Virus record (IMG/VR): IMGVR_UViG_3300037067_008519
Span: 32,001 to 96,000 of that record
Reading direction: 5' to 3' (one strand)
Origin: a virus
Lineage: Duplodnaviria > Caudoviricetes
DNA: 64,000 nucleotides
Part shown: positions 58,150 to 64,000 of the stretch, in pieces
Position numbering within the stretch: position 1 is the first letter of the stretch
Layout of the letters: every line of letters begins with the position of its first letter
The notes under the pieces: model-generated
Databases searched by the model: none
Told to the model about the DNA's origin: nothing
What the model saw: only the letters and a program-made list of their open reading frames with translations
Program-made: the position numbers and the translations under genes

Positions 58150-59178
58150 TTGGCTAAAAAGAAAAAGGAAGAAACCAAGGAAGATTTTCTTGATGGGTTA
58201 GAGCCTGAGATAAGCCTAGCTATCAAAGAAATTAATAAGAAATATGGTGATGGTTCTATACAGATAGGAACTGATGTTGTTAAGAATGTAGAAGTTATAC
58301 CTACTTCTAGTTTAGCTCTAGATGAGGCTCTTGGTGTAGGGGGTATTCCAAAAGGATCTATCGTAGAAATTTATGGTAGCCCCGGCGTAGGCAAGACAAC
58401 CCTTGCTCTAGAGATTTTGATAGAAGCTCAGAAAACAGGTGAATGGATTGGTATAGTTGATATGGAAAATTCTCTTTATCTGGACTATGCCGATAGGTTA
58501 GGACTCAATCGAGAAAAAATAATGTTTGCCCAGCCAGGGTCAGCAGAGGAAGCTCTGGATGATGTAGATGTTATGATAAAAACAGAAAAAGTTAAGATGA
58601 TAATGATTGATTCAGTAGCCGCTTTGGTTCCTCTGGCAGAGCTAGAAGGGAAGGTTGAAGATCAGCACATTGGTAGACAAGCTAGATTAATGAGTCAGTT
58701 CCTTAGAAGGATTTCTCCTATAGTAAACAAGACAGGTTGCACAGTTATTTTTATTAATCAGACTAGGCAGAAGATTGGAATGTACGGTGGAGGAACGACA
58801 ACCCCCGGCGGGAATGCCCTTAAATTCCATTCACAGATTAGGATAGAGATTAGTCCTATAGAACAGATTAAAGATACGCAAGGCGTACAGATAGGGACTT
58901 TAATCAAGGCTAGGATAGTGAAGAACAAATTTGCGCCGCCTTATAGGGTAGCTCAGTTTGAATTAATATTTGGAGAAGGTATAGATCAGACTAGAGAAGT
59001 TCTTGAGTTAGCTATCTTAGATGGTTGTATTAATAAAAATGGGGCTTGTTATTATTACTTAGGTGAGCTGGTAGCAAGGGGTAGAGAATCTATGCGAGGA
59101 TATCTTAATGATAATCCTGATATACTGGCTGAAATCAAAGAGAAAGTTTTGGGGGATAGTGAAAATATCTCTAATTGA
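58150..59178 (+). CDS. recA: RecA recombinase
   Basis: 'LD.ALG.GG.P.G.IVEIYG..G.GKTT', 'DSVAALVP.AE', 'ARLMSQ', 'PGGNALKF', 'KNKFAPP'. Confidence 0.96.
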   Translation: MAKKKKEETKEDFLDGLEPEISLAIKEINKKYGDGSIQIGTDVVKNVEVIPTSSLALDEALGVGGIPKGSIVEIYGSPGVGKTTLALEILIEAQKTGEWIGIVDMENSLYLDYADRLGLNREKIMFAQPGSAEEALDDVDVMIKTEKVKMIMIDSVAALVPLAELEGKVEDQHIGRQARLMSQFLRRISPIVNKTGCTVIFINQTRQKIGMYGGGTTTPGGNALKFHSQIRIEISPIEQIKDTQGVQIGTLIKARIVKNKFAPPYRVAQFELIFGEGIDQTREVLELAILDGCINKNGACYYYLGELVARGRESMRGYLNDNPDILAEIKEKVLGDSENISN

Positions 59179-60059
59179 CGTAGACAGTAAAATACCAAAT
59201 CTTCCTTTGATGAAATTATCTACATGGCATAAAGCACAAGGGGATGAAGTAGATATCTATAGCCCTGTTTGGAGCAAACCAGATAAGGTTTATGTTAGCA
59301 AAGTATTTAACTATACTTCTGATTTCAATTATTTTCCTGATGGTGTGGAAATTGTTAAAGGAGGAAGCGGATACGATTTAAAATCTGAATTACCCGATGA
59401 AATAGAAAATGCATATCCCGATTATCAAATATTTGATTGTGACTATGCTATGGGATTCACAACTAGGGGTTGTATCAGAAATTGCCCATTCTGTATCGTA
59501 AGGAGAAAAGAAGGAAAGATAAAATCTGTTGCTGATATTTATAATTTCTGGGGGGGGGCAGCAAAGAATACGTTTATTAGATAATAACCTTAATGCTCTT
59601 CCAAATCATTTTGAAATAGTAGTTAAGCAATTAATAAAAGAAAAGTTAAAAGTTGATTTTAGTCAAGGATTAGATATTAGATTAATAACATTAGAAATGG
59701 CACAGCTTCTTGCACAGGTTAAATTGTGGAAATCTATTCATTTTGCATGGGACAATATAAAAGATGAAAAAGAAATTAGAGAAGGTATTAAAATTCTAGA
59801 AAGAGGAGGAGTCAAACTTTATAATTGTATGTTTTATGTCTTAGTGGGATTTAATTCTACTGAAGAAGAAGACCTTTATAGGATTAACACTTTGTGGAAA
59901 GATTTAGGGGTTTACCCATTTGTGATGCCTTTTAATAAAAAAGATAGATACCAAAAAGATTTAGCAAGATGGGTTAATCATAAAGCTATTTTTAAAACTG
60001 TAGAATGGAAAGATTATAGGAGGAGTAGGAATGTTTATTTATCTAATTCTACCTGTTAG
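59159..60059 (+). pseudogene. Radical SAM (Fe-S) protein split by a frameshift in a G9 tract
   Basis: GTG start at 59159, 'PNLPLMKLS', 'RGCIRNCPFC'. Continues into 'LLDNN...VDFSQGLD.RL' after removing one G of 59550-59558. Confidence 0.8.
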
Positions 60060-60393
60060 AAATGTGGAAGAAAAATTTTCAAAGGCTATGGATGGCTATG
60101 TTGGAGAATTAGAAAGTAAAGGAAATGTTGTGCATTATCCACCAAGAGACACTAACCAAGAAGATATTACAGGATATAATATATGTTGGGATCATTTTGA
60201 AGCTATGGAAAGTTGTGATGAGGTTCATGTAGCGTGGGACGGTAAAAGTCAAGGGTGTTTGTTTGATTTAGGTATGGCTTTTGCGTTGAATAAGAAAGTG
60301 ATAGTGATTGAGGGATACTTTCCTGAAGCTACAGAAGGTAAAAGTTATCAATCTATGGTTAGGGAATGGCAAAGGAGATATGTTAGTGAGTAG
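60031..60393 (+). CDS. Nucleoside 2-deoxyribosyltransferase-like protein
   Basis: 'YLI.PVR', 'P.RD', 'CDEV...W...SQG..FDLGMAFA..K'. Confidence 0.65.
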   Translation: MFIYLILPVRNVEEKFSKAMDGYVGELESKGNVVHYPPRDTNQEDITGYNICWDHFEAMESCDEVHVAWDGKSQGCLFDLGMAFALNKKVIVIEGYFPEATEGKSYQSMVREWQRRYVSE

Positions 60394-60757
60394 AGATTTA
60401 GAAAGTTGGAGGGAAGCAAATAATACTATCTGTCTAGATTTTGATGGTGTTATACACAAATACAGTCAAGGTTGGCAGGGTGGAAATCTTTATGATGAGC
60501 CTATTGATGGGGCAATAGAATCTATTTGTGAACTTTGTCAAGCTGGTTATAAATTAGTTATTCTTACTGCTCGTTGTGAAAAGCATAATGAAATACTTGA
60601 TTGGTTTAAAGATGAAGCAGCAAAAAGAGGTCTTTGCAATTGTCGCAAAGTAAATTGTCCTGAAGTTACTAATATTAAACCCCCCGCTCGGGTTTACATA
60701 GATGATCGTGGAATAAGATTTACAAATTGGAATGACATACTTTCATATTTTTTATAA
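60380..60757 (+). CDS. HAD-family phosphatase
   Basis: 'CLDFDGVIH', 'TAR', 'KP.A..YIDDR'. Confidence 0.8.
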   Translation: MLVSRDLESWREANNTICLDFDGVIHKYSQGWQGGNLYDEPIDGAIESICELCQAGYKLVILTARCEKHNEILDWFKDEAAKRGLCNCRKVNCPEVTNIKPPARVYIDDRGIRFTNWNDILSYFL

Positions 60758-60766
60758 GGAGGAAAA

Positions 60767-61243
60767 ATGGCAAAGAAAAGTAAATTGGAAGAGAAGGTTG
60801 AGAAGGCTATTAAAGAGGCATTTCCCAATCGACCTTTAAAATCACAACAGACCATTAAGAAAGGAGATAAGACTTTTAAGGTTGATTTTGTTCTTTGCGG
60901 CGGGCCTTTGGATGTAGCTTTTGAGGTTCATGGTCAGCAGCATTTTGAATACACTCCATTCTTTCATGGTGACCAAGCTGGTTGGATGGAGCAGGTACGG
61001 CGGGATGAAGATAAATATGAAGCTCTTTTAGAAGTAGGTGTTCCTTATATAGAAATTTTCTATAACGATACTCTCAACAAGGAAATTCTTCACAGGAAAG
61101 TTAGTGCTGCTCTAGATTTGGTACAGAGGACTCAAAAACCTTTCGGGAAAAATGAGACATACTATCAAATCCTAGAATCAGTAAAGAATAAAAGACAAGC
61201 ATATTATTTGCAAGCAATAAGTGAAGGAAAGCAAAGGAAATAG
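60767..61243 (+). CDS. DUF559/Vsr-like endonuclease
   Basis: 'VDF......AFEVHGQQH....FFH.......RD..K'. Confidence 0.7.
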   Translation: MAKKSKLEEKVEKAIKEAFPNRPLKSQQTIKKGDKTFKVDFVLCGGPLDVAFEVHGQQHFEYTPFFHGDQAGWMEQVRRDEDKYEALLEVGVPYIEIFYNDTLNKEILHRKVSAALDLVQRTQKPFGKNETYYQILESVKNKRQAYYLQAISEGKQRK

Positions 61244-61246
61244 TTT

Positions 61247-62128
61247 ATGATTATAAATGAATTTACAATATATTACGACAACATAGATGAAAATTTTGTA
61301 TTTGTACCTTTCGGAGATTTCCATCTAGGTTGTGTAGATTTCGACCGCATTAAGTGGGAGGAAACTGTTGATTTCATGGTTAATTCACCTAATTGTTACA
61401 CAATGATAATGGGGGATGAGGGCGATTTCGTACTCTACACTGACCAAAGGTACGATCCTAAATGTGTAGAAAAAAAATATCGTGAAGGGCAAGCTTTTGC
61501 TGATCCCGTAGGTTGTCAATATCAAGAAATTAAAGATGCTCTAATGCCGATGAAGGGGCGTATTCTTGGAGTACATGAAGGAAACCATGAGCATACTATC
61601 AGGCGAGATTATCTTAGAGACATTACTCTAGACTTAGCTAGGGAATGGGAAGCAAAACCACTCTCTTTTACTGCTATGACTAGGCTGACCTTCGCACAGA
61701 AACGCAAGAATCCCCGCCAGGATAGGAATGAAAAAGTAGAAAAGAGCATTAAATATAATATTTATTCTACTCATGGTTCTGGTACTTCTACTACAACAGG
61801 TTCTAAAATAAATAGAATAGAAAAGTTGACTAAATCATTTGATGCTGATATATATCTTTATGCACATACACATTTGAAACTGATTACAGATAGTCAGAGA
61901 AAGTTAGGTCTTTCTAAAACAGGAAATTGCAAGCTAGTAGATTCTAATAAAATATTTGCTCTGACAGGTGGATATTTAAAACAGGGACAGGACCATGATA
62001 GTCATTATTCGGAGAGAAAAGGGTATGAACCGCTTCAGACAGGAAGCCCCGCCTTGTTATTCTTTCCGGGTAAGCAAAGAGTAGAATTAATAAACGATGT
62101 GTTAGATTTGAAAAATAGGAGGTTTTAA
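61247..62128 (+). CDS. Calcineurin-like metallophosphoesterase
   Basis: 'GDFHLG', 'GD..D', 'GNHE', 'THG', 'AHTH'. Confidence 0.85.
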   Translation: MIINEFTIYYDNIDENFVFVPFGDFHLGCVDFDRIKWEETVDFMVNSPNCYTMIMGDEGDFVLYTDQRYDPKCVEKKYREGQAFADPVGCQYQEIKDALMPMKGRILGVHEGNHEHTIRRDYLRDITLDLAREWEAKPLSFTAMTRLTFAQKRKNPRQDRNEKVEKSIKYNIYSTHGSGTSTTTGSKINRIEKLTKSFDADIYLYAHTHLKLITDSQRKLGLSKTGNCKLVDSNKIFALTGGYLKQGQDHDSHYSERKGYEPLQTGSPALLFFPGKQRVELINDVLDLKNRRF

Positions 62129-62358
62129 AGTGGAACTAGGAACTATGAAATGTAAAGATTGTATATTAGCTTGGAATTGTTTAATGAATGACCCATTTGA
62201 TCCTTATGGTGTGGCAGATGATTACGGGTGTGATATGGATGCGGAGGAAGGTTGATGGATTGGTTTAAGGATAAAACCTTTCGTGCTTTCAGGCGCTCTG
62301 AGTGTGGAAATTGTTTAAATTGTTATAATTTAATTATGGGAGAAAGAAGGAGGATTAA

Positions 62359-62679
62359 ATGAATATTTATAGCCTGATGAGGAAGCATCGAACGGCGCAG
62401 GAGGTATTGGTAAAGGCTTCAATTAAATTTAAATTCAAAGTTATAGATGAGGTTATTGGTAATAAGATACCTTCTAAAGCTAATTTTATTTTAGTGGATA
62501 AAGATATCGATTCTAATATTATAGCTTTTATTCAATTAGATTATATTGAAGACCACGCAGACATACTTTTGTTTGCCCCTCATTTTAGTGAGGCTATAGA
62601 GTCCATCGGGGTTGAATTGAAAGGATATGATTTTAGGTTTGGTGAAAAATATCCTAAAGCAGAAGTAGAGTTTCTTTAA
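62359..62679 (+). CDS. Hypothetical protein
   Basis: 106 aa with AGGAGG RBS. Confidence 0.5.
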   Translation: MNIYSLMRKHRTAQEVLVKASIKFKFKVIDEVIGNKIPSKANFILVDKDIDSNIIAFIQLDYIEDHADILLFAPHFSEAIESIGVELKGYDFRFGEKYPKAEVEFL

Positions 62680-62688
62680 GGAGGAATA

Positions 62689-63378
62689 ATGGGAGTAATA
62701 GGAAATTACGATCCTGATACTTTTTGTAAAGACGTTTTAGACAATCAGGAAAGAATAAAAAAAGAGCAGAAAGACACCATTAATAAACAAAAGAAACGTG
62801 ACCTTTATTATCTTAGTATTGCTGAGGCTGTGGGCAGGAGATCTAAATGTTTGAGTCGTAAAATTGGCGCGGTACTGGTTAAAGATGATATGATTATTGC
62901 TACAGGATTCAATGGACCCCCTCAGGGAATTCCCCACTGTGATTCAGAAAATGCTTATTTTAGGGTTTATGAAAATGATAATTATGAATATTACAGCTTT
63001 GAAAGTAATTTGCTATTGTCAGAAACTCAAGGTGGTGGAAGGGAAAAAGAAAGACTCTATGGGGATTGCCCCCGCAAGCTGGCAGGGTATGGGTCTGGTA
63101 AAGGATTAGAAGTATGCCCTGCTGTCCATGCAGAGAGAAACGCGATACTTACTGCTGCTGCTAATGGGGTATCTACGAAAGGTACTACTCTTTATTGTTT
63201 CTGTCCTTATCCCTGCGCCGATTGTTGTAAAGAAATAATCAATGCCGGTATTAAAAAGATAGTTTGTTTAGAAGGAGATTACTACGATACAATGTCGGAA
63301 TGGTTACTTGAAAAAAGTAATATTGAAGTAATAACTTATTCTATAGAAGAGATTTCGGAATGGCTGGAGAAGAATTGA
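62689..63378 (+). CDS. dCMP deaminase
   Basis: 'RS.C..RKIGAV', 'GFNG.P', 'HAERNAI', 'PCADC'. Confidence 0.9.
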   Translation: MGVIGNYDPDTFCKDVLDNQERIKKEQKDTINKQKKRDLYYLSIAEAVGRRSKCLSRKIGAVLVKDDMIIATGFNGPPQGIPHCDSENAYFRVYENDNYEYYSFESNLLLSETQGGGREKERLYGDCPRKLAGYGSGKGLEVCPAVHAERNAILTAAANGVSTKGTTLYCFCPYPCADCCKEIINAGIKKIVCLEGDYYDTMSEWLLEKSNIEVITYSIEEISEWLEKN

Positions 63379-64000
63379 ACCAAATAATTCAAGGTAATTG
63401 TTTAGAAAAACTTAAAGAATTAGAAGACAGCTCTTTTGATTTAATGGTTACTGACCCTCCTTATGGTGTGTCTTTTATGGGTAAATCTTGGGATAAAGCT
63501 GTTCCTTCAGTAGACATTTGGAAAGAATGTCTAAGGGTTTTGAAGCCAGGAGCTTTTGCTTTTATCTGTTGTATCCCCCGCCAAGATTGCCTTTCAAGAA
63601 TGATAATAAACTTAAATGATGCCAAATTCAGAACAGATTTCACTAGTATTTATTGGACTTATGCAACAGGTTTCCCCAAAGGCATGAATATAGGAAAGAA
63701 AGAAGAATCTTTGAAAGGGGCTTATGGAGGGTTTCAACCTAAACCAGCCGTGGAGATAATCATAGTTGTAATGAAACCCCTCTCAAAAAAAACATATATT
63801 GACCAAGCATTAGAAAATAACAAAGGAGTTACTTGGTTAGATGATTGCAGAATTCCTTATAAAATAAGATTTACGGGAGAAATATTGCCGCCCGAAAACG
63901 GGTGGAATGAAAATGAAGTTCGGCGTACAGATTTTAACCAATCACAAGGACGTTTCCCCGCTAACCTTTTAGTATCAGATGATATTCTTAATGATGGAAA
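63375..64000 (+). CDS. DNA N6-adenine/N4-cytosine methyltransferase, 3'-partial
   Basis: TTG start overlapping the previous stop. 'IIQGNCLE.L..L...SFDL.VTDPPYG', 'RVLKPG', 'GFPK', 'GRFPAN'. Runs off the window end. Confidence 0.88.
   Translation, partial: MNQIIQGNCLEKLKELEDSSFDLMVTDPPYGVSFMGKSWDKAVPSVDIWKECLRVLKPGAFAFICCIPRQDCLSRMIINLNDAKFRTDFTSIYWTYATGFPKGMNIGKKEESLKGAYGGFQPKPAVEIIIVVMKPLSKKTYIDQALENNKGVTWLDDCRIPYKIRFTGEILPPENGWNENEVRRTDFNQSQGRFPANLLVSDDILNDG

Noticed and set aside
2544-63643. Minus-strand and nested ORFs in the track
   Set aside because: They shadow well-supported + strand genes and have no recognisable motifs.
1-64000. Genome-wide TAG stop-codon reassignment, suggested by in-frame TAGs at 12530 and 56918
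   Set aside because: Long genes are not fragmented under code 11, and several TAG-ending genes are followed by an RBS and a new start (e.g. 1069, 8735).

Overview
The window is 64 kb of an AT-rich tailed dsDNA phage genome (siphovirus-like, by eye roughly one-third GC), with essentially every real gene on the + strand. 1-4050 holds fibre/accessory virion genes and a holin-like ORF. 4127-38961 is the morphogenesis module: portal, prohead protease, scaffold, decoration protein, HK97-like major capsid, connectors, tail tube, two chaperones, a 2254-aa tape measure with a C-terminal NlpC/P60 domain, hub and fibres. 39044-40719 is an HNH nuclease plus an amidase endolysin. 40830-41830 is a GC-richer, apparently host-derived island (DUF3467-like gene, possible antitoxin, RelE-like toxin). 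42068-64000 covers replication, recombination, nucleotide metabolism and DNA modification (DnaB, DnaG, NrdD/NrdG, PAPS-reductase-like, RNA ligase, SSB, RuvC, dNMP kinase, beta clamp, PD-(D/E)XK nuclease, RecA, radical SAM, dCMP deaminase, MTase). NrdD/G suggest an anaerobic host. The main finding is a transposase-less TnpB element inserted 16 codons before the end of the head-closure gene. In place of an IS left end it carries a recoded copy of those 16 codons. The original codons sit directly after its TTCAA right end, exactly where the RNA guide is expected. This looks like an RNA-guided homing element that repairs its target gene and makes itself immune. Other notable signals are four hairpins ending in tRNA-like ACCA, two genes broken by the same G9 tract, a 38-bp promoter motif present three times, and other recoding or duplication scars next to homing nucleases. 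All product calls come from motif recognition and synteny; no database searches were run.
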